Shown: positions 39,917 to 49,901 of the stretch, piece by piece
How the letters are laid out: each line of letters opens with the position of its first letter
Position numbering within the stretch: the first letter of the stretch is position 1
NCBI GenBank assembly: GCA_963675525.2
Contig: CAXXSL010000013.1
Span: 448,001-512,000, forward strand
DNA length: 64,000 nucleotides
Source: Anaerohalosphaeraceae bacterium
Lineage (GTDB): Bacteria; Planctomycetota; Phycisphaerae; Sedimentisphaerales; Anaerohalosphaeraceae
Direction: 5' to 3'
Notes under the pieces: generated by a model
Databases searched by the model: none
Seen by the model: only the letters and a program-made list of their open reading frames with translations
What the model was told of the DNA's origin: nothing
Made by a program: the position numbers and the translations under genes

Positions 39917-41134
39917 ATGAAGAAAGTGATTCTGTTCGGGATACTTTTTCTGGCTTCTTTAAGCCGGGCGATTTCCACTTCGGATCTCGATAGTTTTATT
40001 GTTTTAGAAGCGACAATCAACAACCAGTCCGTATATTTTGCTGTTGATACGGGTGCCGAGACCACCGTCCTTTTTTCTCCTGCCGCTCAACGACTCGGCC
40101 TGAAGACAACGCCTATCCCGACGGAGGGGGAAATACCTTCGGGCAAAGTGCGTGTCGAGCTTTCAGAGACACTCACTTTCTCGATTCCGGGGGTCACAAA
40201 TGCGATCGATGTCCGTTTCCCTGTGTTTGAATTACCTCCGGAGGCGGCTTTCACGCGGTTGGGCGGTCTTATCGGCTGGAACCAAATCAAAGACAACATC
40301 CTGCAGATTGATGCGGGCCAGCGACAAATGAAAGGAGTGGATACACTGCCGATCGATATCGGCATGTGGTCAAAGTGGGACATTTATCCATATAAAGAGT
40401 TTGATGTTCTTCTGATTAAAGCAATCGAGACGGCCGGGCAGGCAGGGGTAATTCTGATCGATACAGGGTCCAAGAAAGGCGTATCATTGAATGCTCAATT
40501 ATGGCAGGATTTCTCAGACAAGCAAAAGGGAGGTCCACAGACAGTGATGGCATTTTACACACCTGCGGTCGGACTCAAGGTTTACCGGGAGTACTGGGCC
40601 GAGCAGTTGGCCATCGGCCGCTTTACGATCTCGCAGGTGCCGGTCGCCAATGTAAGTGAGGTCTTCGAACAGGCGATCCCGGGCCTCATAGGGGATATGG
40701 GATTGTTCGGGCTTTCGAGATTTGACGTAATCATTGACGGGCGCAGTGGGTATGTCTATATGCGCCCGAAGGACAACCGGGTATCGAACTATCAGTATAA
40801 CCGGATCGCCGCGGTCTTTATCCCGGCAGACCTTCAAAGCGTTCCGCTGGTGGCGCATGTGGTAGAGAATGGACCCGCGTATCAGGCAGGTATCCGGGAC
40901 GGGGATATTCTTTTGAAAATCGATGATCTGGATGTCACCCAGTGGCGGACGGATCCGAATGTGCTGCCGTTAAGCCGATTCTTTGAGCAGTCGGCCGGAT
41001 CCCGGCTGGTGCTGTCGTTGACACGGGAGGATAAAACCTTTACCGCTGCGGTTGAGCTCGAAGAGATTTTCCCGCTGGGCCGGGACGAAACACTTGACCC
41101 TGAAAACGAAAATAGATTGGCAGAAACAGAATGA
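39917..41134 (+). CDS. Exported retropepsin-like aspartyl protease with a C-terminal PDZ domain
   Basis: Two DTG motifs (FAVDTGA, ILIDTGS); GPAYQAGIRDGDILLKID. Confidence 0.88.
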   Translation: MKKVILFGILFLASLSRAISTSDLDSFIVLEATINNQSVYFAVDTGAETTVLFSPAAQRLGLKTTPIPTEGEIPSGKVRVELSETLTFSIPGVTNAIDVRFPVFELPPEAAFTRLGGLIGWNQIKDNILQIDAGQRQMKGVDTLPIDIGMWSKWDIYPYKEFDVLLIKAIETAGQAGVILIDTGSKKGVSLNAQLWQDFSDKQKGGPQTVMAFYTPAVGLKVYREYWAEQLAIGRFTISQVPVANVSEVFEQAIPGLIGDMGLFGLSRFDVIIDGRSGYVYMRPKDNRVSNYQYNRIAAVFIPADLQSVPLVAHVVENGPAYQAGIRDGDILLKIDDLDVTQWRTDPNVLPLSRFFEQSAGSRLVLSLTREDKTFTAAVELEEIFPLGRDETLDPENENRLAETE

Positions 41135-41208
41135 GGACACGAGCAATGAATATTCAAATTACAGCCGGGAATCATCCAAAACAGGCAGATCATTATTGAA
41201 AGGAGTAT

Positions 41209-42027
41209 ATGATGACTGCAGCACAAAGTTTTGCATATCGTTTTCGTCGCTGGATTTTCAGTTTCGGTATCATTTTCACTGTCGCCGGGATCATCTGGGC
41301 CATTCTGCCGTTTTTTAACGACGTGCTTGACAGGGACGGCGAAGAGGGATTCTTCGGCCTGATGGGGACGGTCCTTGGCTTTTACCAGTTTATAGGTGAC
41401 AACGAGCTGGCCTATGCCGGCCATCTTGTGATCGTGGCCGGTGTGATCCTGCTGGCTCAGTGGATGTTTTTGCGGCCGGGCAAGGAGTGGAAAGTCCGCA
41501 TGCTCACCGAGGGACGGCCCTTAAAAACCAGCATCTTTGTCGCGGCGATGATCGCCATGTTGTTGACAACCGGCGCGGTCTCGCTCCTGCTTGAGTTGCC
41601 CGACTGGTGGCAGCCGCTGATGGAAAACGATGATACGTTTATCATGCCGCTGAGTGTCTTTGGGGTCATGGGTGTTCTCTGGGCGATCTGGGCGTGGATC
41701 TTCTGGGTCTATTGGAAACAGGGAGACCGGTATACACAACTGGGCAAAATGGTCCGCGGGCTCATCGCCGGCAGTCTGCTCGAAGTGATGGTCGCAGTGC
41801 CGGTGCATATCTGGGCCACGCGTCAGCGTGAATGTTACTGCTGCCGGGGAACCTATAACACGCTGATACTGGCCGGAACCGTGTTGATCTGGGCATTCGG
41901 ACCGGGAATCATATTATTGTATTGGAGAGAAAAATACCGACGTGAAAAACTGATGGACCAAAATCCTCTCGAAAATACCATTCCACCGGAGGCATCTCAT
42001 GCCGCTGAGACTCCGGCAAACGATTAA
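41209..42027 (+). CDS. Hypothetical polytopic membrane protein
   Basis: About 6 TM helices, CYCCRG motif; AAGGAG RBS. Confidence 0.75.
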   Translation: MMTAAQSFAYRFRRWIFSFGIIFTVAGIIWAILPFFNDVLDRDGEEGFFGLMGTVLGFYQFIGDNELAYAGHLVIVAGVILLAQWMFLRPGKEWKVRMLTEGRPLKTSIFVAAMIAMLLTTGAVSLLLELPDWWQPLMENDDTFIMPLSVFGVMGVLWAIWAWIFWVYWKQGDRYTQLGKMVRGLIAGSLLEVMVAVPVHIWATRQRECYCCRGTYNTLILAGTVLIWAFGPGIILLYWREKYRREKLMDQNPLENTIPPEASHAAETPAND

Positions 42028-42048
42028 CCGATATCGAAGGGCCGAAAG

Positions 42049-42423
42049 ATGCATATTCAAATTACAGCCGGGGATGTGACAATTGATGCAGAGATTTATG
42101 ATACGCCGACGGGCAAGGCAATTGTCGAAATGTTATCCATCCAGGGAACTGTCAATCGCTGGGGCGGGGAGGTCTATTTTACGATCCCCGTTTCCGTCCC
42201 GCTGGAATCGGGCAGCCGGGAAGTGTTGGAACCGGGGGAACTGGCTTACTGGCCGCCGGGCAAGGCTTTCTGCATTTTCTTCGGCCCCACGCCCGCCTCG
42301 CAAAGCGACGAATGCAGAGCCGCTTCGGCCGTGAACATCTTCGGAAAGGTATCGGGCGATCTTGACAAGTTATGGAACATTAAAGACGGTACGGAAATCA
42401 TCGTCGAAAAAACCGTGGATTAA
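42049..42423 (+). CDS. Cyclophilin-like fold protein (DUF369-like)
   Basis: TPT; NRWGGEVYF; GELAYWPPGKAFCIFFGPTP. Confidence 0.85.
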   Translation: MHIQITAGDVTIDAEIYDTPTGKAIVEMLSIQGTVNRWGGEVYFTIPVSVPLESGSREVLEPGELAYWPPGKAFCIFFGPTPASQSDECRAASAVNIFGKVSGDLDKLWNIKDGTEIIVEKTVD

Positions 42424-42516
42424 ATACAGCTTTTTACAAAAATAGCCGATTGATTAAATGGAAAGCATAAGCCGTTTTATGCTCTTTATTTCCTTAATCG
42501 ATGAAAGAGGTCCCAT

Positions 42517-42792
42517 ATGCTGTCGCATCCGATTACGTTTCTGGTTGGCTACCTGCTCGTCAGCCTGTTATTATCGTTCGGGGTTGCCGGCCCGGTTGTG
42601 ATGTTCGGGGTCAAGTTTCTGTCAAGACGCACATTTAACGAAAAGTACATCAGCGGTATCTATTTCGGCGCCTCCGTGACAAGTTTTTTGTTCATCCTTC
42701 TGCATTATGTGTTGTATCTGTGGGGGTATAGAATCAACAACTTGTCCGATGTCATCCACGATGCTTTTTATTCACCGATACATTATTATTGA
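42517..42792 (+). CDS. Small two-TM hypothetical protein
   Basis: 91 aa, GAGG RBS. Confidence 0.6.
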   Translation: MLSHPITFLVGYLLVSLLLSFGVAGPVVMFGVKFLSRRTFNEKYISGIYFGASVTSFLFILLHYVLYLWGYRINNLSDVIHDAFYSPIHYY

Positions 42793-42806
42793 ACTAAAAA
42801 TCGTGT

Positions 42807-43811
42807 TTAAAAATTCACACCGGCACCAAAAATATATTTAACATCCGAATTGCCTTTGCCTGCCGCCGGCGTCGCATCATAATCAAACAAGACCTTGAAA
42901 TTCGTAAACAGATGGCTGTTAATCTTCGCACGCAATTCAGCAGAACTGCTCAGGTAATAGTCGCTAACATCCTCGGTGCTTGGATAATATGTCAGGTCAT
43001 GCATGAAGGAGAATGTATCGTTAAATGTATGATCAAAATTATAACCGGCCCGAGCAGACATGGTTGAGTCGCTGCCGTCTTCGTACTTTTCGCGGACGGT
43101 TGCCAACCCCAACTCCGTCGAGAAATTTGTCTTCTCGGAGACGATCCATTTACGGCCTAAACCACCACCGAGAATGATCCGCTGGTCCAGATCGGCGATC
43201 TTGTCTTTTTCGTAACGGCTTTCACCGTACAGATAGGTTACATCAGACAGGAAGTAATCATACTTTGCACGAAACTTCGACCAGTCTTCCGTCACTTCTT
43301 TTTTTCCGGAACTGGAAGATTGTTCTTTTTGGCGTGCCATATCAGCCTTGAGAGTGGTCATGTCTTTATCCGTCTTTTTATATAACTTACCACTGAAAGC
43401 ATAGGACTCATTCTTCGTATTGCCACTGGCATACGTGATCCCAGCAGACAGATCGCCCTTCCACCGCGGCGCTTCCGGCTTGGGTGGATTGATCGCTGTA
43501 ACATCAGCCAGCAGGACCCGATCACCGGAAACATTAATATATCCATCTTCGCCCTCACTGACAGGCCGAGCCGTAACCGTCCCCTCGCTTGTATGAATCT
43601 TCAGCGGCTGGTCACTGGCGATTGTTCGAATATTAGCAAACAGAATCTGGATCGTGCCGGCAAGTTCCGATTCAATCGTTAACATACCATCGGTCATCTG
43701 AGCAATTGTGCCGGTCAATCGGTCACCGTTGGTTAAGTAAACCTGTCCGGCCGACGCAACGGCTGAGACACAGATGATGACCCACACATTCAATAATTCT
43801 TTTTTGTGCAT
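42807..43811 (-). CDS. DUF481-family outer-membrane beta-barrel protein
   Basis: Signal peptide; LTNGDRLTG; GNT; RAKYDYF; amphipathic strands; terminal Phe. Confidence 0.85.
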   Translation of the reverse strand: MHKKELLNVWVIICVSAVASAGQVYLTNGDRLTGTIAQMTDGMLTIESELAGTIQILFANIRTIASDQPLKIHTSEGTVTARPVSEGEDGYINVSGDRVLLADVTAINPPKPEAPRWKGDLSAGITYASGNTKNESYAFSGKLYKKTDKDMTTLKADMARQKEQSSSSGKKEVTEDWSKFRAKYDYFLSDVTYLYGESRYEKDKIADLDQRIILGGGLGRKWIVSEKTNFSTELGLATVREKYEDGSDSTMSARAGYNFDHTFNDTFSFMHDLTYYPSTEDVSDYYLSSSAELRAKINSHLFTNFKVLFDYDATPAAGKGNSDVKYIFGAGVNF

Positions 43812-43918
43812 ACAGTCTCCACTCTTATTTTAAGAAAATCAGGAATTATAACCGGATTATTATATCTACAGAGGATCTGAATGGAAATCAAGGAAAAATG
43901 ATATTTTCGCCCTAATAA

Positions 43919-45775
43919 CTAAAAACGCTCTGCAATGATCTGCTTCAATTCTTCCGGCGTGAAGATACCGCGGAGCTTGGTAATACTTTTGTCTTTCGGA
44001 TCCAGCAGAACCGTCAGAGGCACACTGCCCGCTTCGCCGAAAACGATGTTTAAATCCTTTGCCGCCGGGTAGCTCGCCAGCGTGGTATCGGCCTTGACCG
44101 CAACGATGCCTTTTTGCTGAAGCAGCGCGGCGACGTCCGGCTGCTGAAAAACATTTTTATCAACAATTTTACAATTGGTACACCAATCGGCAGTAAATTT
44201 CAGCACGACAGGCCGATTTTCGGCGATGGATTTTTGCACTAATGCCGCATCGTATTTTTGCCAGTTGATTGTGGACTCCCTCACAGCCGGCAGCAACCAG
44301 AGGCCGCAACCGATGGCAATCGCCGCGGCAATTAAACGTGTTATCCACTTTTTGCCCTTCGGCGTGTTGAAGCCAACCCATGTGCCCCACATCCAGACAC
44401 TGAATGCGAAGATCACGCCGTAGAGCAAGACGTTAATAAGCCGGTCTTTGGGCAAGGCCGTCAGGGTGAACTTGACCGCAATAAACAGCAGCAAAAAACC
44501 GCCGGTCTTTTTGAAGATCTCCATCCATGTGCCGGGTTTGGGGACGTAATTGAGCAATGACGGAATCGACACCAAAATCGCGTAGGGCAGCGCCATGCCG
44601 ACGCCCATCAATATCAAGGCGGTGCTGCTAATCGTCAGCGGTTGGGTCTGCGCCCAGACGAGCACGGCACCCAGCACGGCCCCGCTGCATGGCGTACTGA
44701 GGACACCGGCGAAAAAGCCCATGCCGACCGAGCCGGCAAAGCCGGAGCCGCCGCCCTGCTTGCCCGCGACGGATGAAGGCAGCGCTAATGTCAGAAGGTC
44801 CAGCAGTACCAATGCGAAAAACACGATAAACAAAAACAACGTAATGACGGCCACCGGGTTGCGATAGAGGCTGTTAAGGTCAAGGGCGACACCGGTGGAG
44901 AGTTTGACTGCTGCCGAAATCGCTGCGAACATCGCAAAGAACAGGACGATACCGCCGCAGAATGAAAAGCCCAGCGCCATGCGTTTCGGGCCGGACTCTT
45001 TGGCTTGCCCTACCAGCCGCATAATAATCAGCGGAATCACCGGCAGCACGCACGGCATGATATTGATCGACACGCCTGCCAGCAGTGCCAGCAAAAAGTA
45101 CCATGCCGCAGACGCCGAATCGCCGGTCTCCGTTGCATCCACGATTTTCCAGCCGGTTAACGATACGGCAAGCGTTGGGCCGTCTGCTGTTTTTTCGGCT
45201 TCTGGTGGTTGCGTCGGAATGATCTCGGTTTTTTCCTCCGTTACCGCCTCGCCCGTCTGAATCGCAACAGCAGGCCATTGCGACAAATCAACGTTGGCGG
45301 CAAGAGTTTTCCTGAACGGCGGCAAACACAGTTTGCTCGTACAGGTAATGCCGGCAATATTGACCGTCACCGTTGTTTGGGACACACTTTCGTCGCGTTG
45401 TTGGATCGGGAAAAGAACCTTGAAATCGCCGACGAAAACTTCGATTTTCCCCTTGGCCGGATCGCTGAAATACTTATACTTCGGAAAAACCGGCTCTCCA
45501 AACATCAGGCCGTCGGCTATGACGGTGATTTTCAGTTCCAGACCCGGTGCCGGTGCGGCCTTGGCCGTAGCGTAATAATGCAAATCCTCGGTGCCCTTGA
45601 AAACCACCCCGACCGCCGGAACACCGTCCAACTCGGTCGCTTCTATCCGTGCTGACGACAACTGGTCACCGCTGCGGGCGATCTCGGTAAGCTCCGTTTG
45701 CGCAAAGGTTAACGAAATAAACAAAAACGGCAGTAACAGCCACCGGCTTTTGATGATGCGGGTATATTGAGTCAT
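43919..45775 (-). CDS. dsbD: DsbD-family thiol:disulfide interchange protein
   Basis: CTSKLC N-domain; NIMPCVLP and STPCSG TM cysteines; PKPGTWM; FTADWCTNCK thioredoxin domain. Confidence 0.9.
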   Translation of the reverse strand: MTQYTRIIKSRWLLLPFLFISLTFAQTELTEIARSGDQLSSARIEATELDGVPAVGVVFKGTEDLHYYATAKAAPAPGLELKITVIADGLMFGEPVFPKYKYFSDPAKGKIEVFVGDFKVLFPIQQRDESVSQTTVTVNIAGITCTSKLCLPPFRKTLAANVDLSQWPAVAIQTGEAVTEEKTEIIPTQPPEAEKTADGPTLAVSLTGWKIVDATETGDSASAAWYFLLALLAGVSINIMPCVLPVIPLIIMRLVGQAKESGPKRMALGFSFCGGIVLFFAMFAAISAAVKLSTGVALDLNSLYRNPVAVITLFLFIVFFALVLLDLLTLALPSSVAGKQGGGSGFAGSVGMGFFAGVLSTPCSGAVLGAVLVWAQTQPLTISSTALILMGVGMALPYAILVSIPSLLNYVPKPGTWMEIFKKTGGFLLLFIAVKFTLTALPKDRLINVLLYGVIFAFSVWMWGTWVGFNTPKGKKWITRLIAAAIAIGCGLWLLPAVRESTINWQKYDAALVQKSIAENRPVVLKFTADWCTNCKIVDKNVFQQPDVAALLQQKGIVAVKADTTLASYPAAKDLNIVFGEAGSVPLTVLLDPKDKSITKLRGIFTPEELKQIIAERF

Positions 45776-45859
45776 TGTGTCCACTCCTTTGATTCTTATT
45801 TCTATCTTGCTTTGTCTTGTTTTACGTCTTTTCTACGTCTTTGTCCACCGGAAGTTCCA

Positions 45860-46790
45860 AAAAAACGAAACCTCGGATTGCGCGGATTTCACAGATTTTT
45901 TATTATTAATTAGAACGAAACCGGCAGGGGTCACCGAAAAATTTGGCTTTGTTTGGGTTTGGTTGGGTTCGCGTGGCGCTATCTAAAACAGGCTTGTTGC
46001 GTCCGTTGGGGTGTTTGAGTGCGGTATAATGCAATCCTGTCGAGGTGCTACTTGGGGCTTAAATTGGGTTCGTTTTTTTGGGGGTTTTTGGAGGGTTTAG
46101 CCACGAATTAACACGAATGGACACTAAAATTGTTGTTTTTTGGCTGGAAACGGCCTGCGCGAGTAGGGGGTACTTGGGGCCGAAATTGGGTTCGTATTGG
46201 GTTTGGTTTGGGTTCGTATTGGGTTCGGTGCCTTAAAGGCACGTCAATGAAATCTCCATAAGCGCTTCGCTGATGAAGATTTAGGGAGACCGGGTACGCT
46301 TGAAAATTGGGTTCGTTTCGATAAATCATATTAAATATCAAAGCGCAAATATCAAAAATGCGGAATCCGCCTATCGGCGGATAGCTATTTAAATAGATTC
46401 TTCGCCCCGGATCGGTGTCCGGGGTGACATTCCTGCGGCTCAGAATGACGGTCATTGGTCATTGAATTGGCCTTCGGCTTTGTGGATTTGGCCGGGATGA
46501 TGGGCGATGGGGTTTCGCACTCTTATTAAATTGACGACTGACGATTTTAAAATACTATTCAACTTGGTGTATTGTATCACAAGTTAGATATTTGTCAAAT
46601 AAAAAAGATTTAAGAATTGATGATTTTCGCTCGGCGATTCCTTCGGCTTTGCTCAGGACTAAAGGCTTTTTCGGGACAGGCTTTCCAGATATTGATTTTA
46701 TTTTGCTGTCCACCAACCTTCGCCAAGGCGCCGACGCTATAAAGCTATGGCGGCCGAACGGCTACTATAGCTTGGCAGGCAGATTTCGCC
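45860..46790. repeat. Non-coding tract of mixed short repeats and palindromes
   Basis: TTGGGTTCG arrays, 9-nt periodic motifs, GATTCTTCG..CAGAATGAC palindromes and nested hairpins; no convincing ORF. Confidence 0.7.
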
Positions 46791-46947
46791 GATTTTCATC
46801 GATTTTTGGATTATCGTTTTTTGTTTTTTATAGGGGGATCGTCGGGTATAATCAGGAACAGGAATACGGGTTAACAGGGAACAAACAGAATGCGGGAGTG
46901 GACGAAGTTACAATGTGGAGAAACAAATGAAAAACGGAGAATCGCAT

Positions 46948-47847
46948 ATGAACGCTAAGATTTACCCTGTGAATTTCCGCGTCGTCTGCTTGCTGGGTGG
47001 ATGGTGTCTGGCACTGCTCGTTTTCTCCAGCGGCGGCTGCTTGACAGCACAGGAGCAGCCGGAACAGAAATCTGGACCGGACCGGAAAAAGGCAACGGTA
47101 AACCTGATATCCGGCGAACCTATTAAAATAATGCCTGTGGGGAACTCTATCACCGCTGGTGAGCACTACGGTTTTCCAGCTATTTCGAAACGAACCGGAT
47201 ACCGGAAAGATCTCTACGAAATGCTGATAAATGCGGGATATGAAGTCGATTTTGTTGGTTCGCAGAATCATGGAGAGCGTCCCACAGATGATGAAGATTG
47301 GTATGACTGGAATAACGAAGCCTATCCCGGTTGGAAAATCGATGCTATTGCAAGTGAGGTTCAAACTGCATTGGAGACATACAAACCAGATATCCTGCTG
47401 GTTCACGTTGGAACCAATGGTAGCAACTGGGACCAGAAACCAGAACTGGTTATGGATATGCTTGATATGATTAATACGTATTCGGTTGAAAATAATCATC
47501 CAATCACCGTATTTCTTTGTAAAATTATCGACCGGTTTAACGGTGGACATGCCCCCACAACTCAATTCAATAACGCGGTCGCCGATTTGGCAGCAGGCAG
47601 GACCGGTGATACAATAAAAATTATTATGGTCGATATGGAGAGTGGCGCTGGTTTAGATTATTCTGATGCTTCACCCGCTTTAACTGCCACCGGGCCCTAT
47701 GAAGGTGGGGATATGTGGGGTGAAACATATCAGCAGGTATCTTGTGATTTATATCATCCCAACGATAAGGGTAATACCAAGATGGCTGTGAAATTTTTTG
47801 AGGAACTTGTCAAAGAACTTGGAAAGCCAACGAAGGTCGGGGAATAA
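46948..47847 (+). CDS. Exported SGNH/GDSL hydrolase
   Basis: IMPVGNSITAG (GDS variant); VDFVGS; PDILLVHVGTN; DLYHPN. Confidence 0.85.
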   Translation: MNAKIYPVNFRVVCLLGGWCLALLVFSSGGCLTAQEQPEQKSGPDRKKATVNLISGEPIKIMPVGNSITAGEHYGFPAISKRTGYRKDLYEMLINAGYEVDFVGSQNHGERPTDDEDWYDWNNEAYPGWKIDAIASEVQTALETYKPDILLVHVGTNGSNWDQKPELVMDMLDMINTYSVENNHPITVFLCKIIDRFNGGHAPTTQFNNAVADLAAGRTGDTIKIIMVDMESGAGLDYSDASPALTATGPYEGGDMWGETYQQVSCDLYHPNDKGNTKMAVKFFEELVKELGKPTKVGE

Positions 47848-47878
47848 ATAAAGGTTTCTGAGTCCGTTTCGTTTTCTC

Positions 47879-48030
47879 TTAACCATGAAGAACATGAAGA
47901 GCACGAAGTTTTTTTTAGACAGGATTAACGGGATAAAAGGGATTTTTTTTAACGACGGACAGGAAGGTGGAAAATAGATTGATTTGTAAGCATAAAATAT
48001 GCATGGTGTCACGGAAAATGGGTCTGACCT
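47879..48030 (+). repeat. Composite direct repeat, copy 1
   Basis: Aligns with 49318-49449 apart from a ~20 nt insertion. Confidence 0.85.
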
Positions 48031-48052
48031 GCTCTGTAAAAAAGCTTAACTT

Positions 48053-48142
48053 CTGTCGCCCCTCCGGGGCTGGGTCTGTTTTTTATCCTTTTTCCGGGGG
48101 TTGCCACCCCCGGCTAAGTGACTGACGGCCCTTTCAGGGCCT
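48053..48142 (-). repeat. Three-hairpin REP-like element, copy E5
   Basis: Minus strand AGGCCC-TGAAA-GGGCCG; TAGCCGGGGG-TGGCAA-CCCCCGG; AGCCCC-GGA-GGGGCGACAG. Confidence 0.85.
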
Positions 48143-48190
48143 GAGAGAGAATGTTTTCTACAGAACATTCCTGATCCTGTTTCGTTCTCT

Positions 48191-49267
48191 TTAATAATCC
48201 TTATGCCTGTTACGTCTTAACTGATCTTTTGCCTTTTTGATGAATTTTCCGAAATCGCCGTCTTTTTGCCTTTTTTCAAGTTCGGTCATCTCGTAATGTT
48301 CGGCTTCTTTTTTGAGATTGATATAATTGCTGTATTTATCTTCATCCACTTGGCCGGACTTTAGGGCAGAAAGCACGGCGCATCCCGGTTCGTGGATATG
48401 GGTGCAGTCAACGTATTTGCATTCCGGGGCAAGTGCGGTTATTTCATCAAACAAGCTATTGATGCCATCGGCGGCTTGTGTCATGGCGACTTCTCTCATT
48501 CCCGGATTGTCTATGACGATACCGCCACCGGCAAGAAAATACATTTCCCGGCTGGTGGTGGTATGTTTTCCCCTGTTGCTTCGAGTGCTTATCGCATTGG
48601 TTTTTATGACATCTGTCCCAATCAGTTTATTGATCAACGACGATTTTCCAACGCCCGACGACCCCAGGAAGCAATAGGTTTTTCCTTTTTCTATATACGC
48701 CTTTAACGCATCCAGAGCTTCATGGGTCAGCGTACTGGCCGGGATAAAATCAATCTCGCCAAACCTGTCGGTTATTTGGTTTATCCGTGATTGCAGTTGG
48801 TCTTTGGACATCAAATCAATTTTATTCAAAATAATGGCCGGTTTTACGCCGCCGGCTTTGGCAATGGCAAAATATCTTTCGAAACGGTTCAAGCTGAAGT
48901 CCCTGTCTACCGATTCAATCACAAACGCCACATCAATGTTCGCGGCGATGACCTGAATTTCGTTTCTGCCGCTGTGTTTTCTTTTGATGATCGTTTTTCT
49001 TGGCAATACCCGGTGTATGACTGCCTGCTGCCCTCCGGAATCGGTGATCGCCACCCAATCGCCGACGGCAGGATAATCTTCGCGTGACAGGGCGTTAAAT
49101 ATTTGTTTGCCGGTTATCTTTGCCCGGTACTCACCGGCACTGTTTTTTGCCCGGTAAACCCCCTTGTGTACGACAATAATCCGCGCGACCGAAAGATCCT
49201 CGGGCCCGCGGTTGGATTCAAAAAAACCATCGTATCCTAAATCTTCTAATTTCAACTGATTAACCAT
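48191..49267 (-). CDS. rsgA: Ribosome small subunit-dependent GTPase A
   Basis: PAVGDWV; IAANID; LNKID; GSSGVGKSS; GKHTT; IDNPG; CKYVDCTHIHEPGC zinc finger. Confidence 0.95.
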   Translation of the reverse strand: MVNQLKLEDLGYDGFFESNRGPEDLSVARIIVVHKGVYRAKNSAGEYRAKITGKQIFNALSREDYPAVGDWVAITDSGGQQAVIHRVLPRKTIIKRKHSGRNEIQVIAANIDVAFVIESVDRDFSLNRFERYFAIAKAGGVKPAIILNKIDLMSKDQLQSRINQITDRFGEIDFIPASTLTHEALDALKAYIEKGKTYCFLGSSGVGKSSLINKLIGTDVIKTNAISTRSNRGKHTTTSREMYFLAGGGIVIDNPGMREVAMTQAADGINSLFDEITALAPECKYVDCTHIHEPGCAVLSALKSGQVDEDKYSNYINLKKEAEHYEMTELEKRQKDGDFGKFIKKAKDQLRRNRHKDY

Positions 49268-49317
49268 TTTTTCACCATTCAAAGTAAATCCTAAATTCCA
49301 GATACTAAATTTCGATT

Positions 49318-49449
49318 TTAACCACAAAGAACATGAAGAGCACGAAGATTTTTTTAGACAGGATTAACAGGATAAAAACAGGAAAGTGAAAATAGATTGA
49401 TTCATAAGCATAGAATGTGCAAGGTATTACAAAAAAGGGGTCTGACCCC
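49318..49449 (+). repeat. Composite direct repeat, copy 2
   Basis: TTAACCAC..GAACATGAAGAGCACGAAG..TTTTAGACAGGATTAAC..AAAATAGATTGATT..GGGTCTGACC. Confidence 0.85.
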
Positions 49450-49901
49450 TTTTAATTCTCTCTGACGGGCGAGGCTAGAACATATCGCCCTTCGGGCTTA
49501 TGCATGCCCACGCAAGCGTGGGCATGGCACCCGGCTTGGTCAATATGGAATGGTGTTGTCTGTCGTCAAGTATGCGTTCCCTGTGCTGGTGCTTCGGGCT
49601 TTTGTAGAATTTTTCTGTTTAAATAGATTCTTCGCCTGCGGCCCAGAATGACGGGCTGTGGGGGTGAGGCTAGAACATGACGTCTGCTGTGCAGACTTAT
49701 TGATCGCCGGGATTGGAGGAATGCGATTCTATAAACCGGCTCCGAGACCGGGACGGCATCCGTGGGGCTTAAATGATTGTTTTTACAAGAAATCCGGGAT
49801 TTGCGGTTGCTATTTGAAAAAATGCAATTAGGCTTTAGTGGTATCAGGCATTTGCCGAAGTACTCTTAGAGAGATTAAAACGCAACACAAGGAATAATTA
49901 T

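Noticed and set aside
45860..46330. CRISPR array
   Set aside because: Repeats are 9-14 nt, irregularly spaced, with no constant-length spacers and no cas genes
46108..46930. ORFs 46108..46455 (-) and 46592..46930 (+)
   Set aside because: They run through repeat DNA, lack an RBS and recognisable motifs, and are likely spurious
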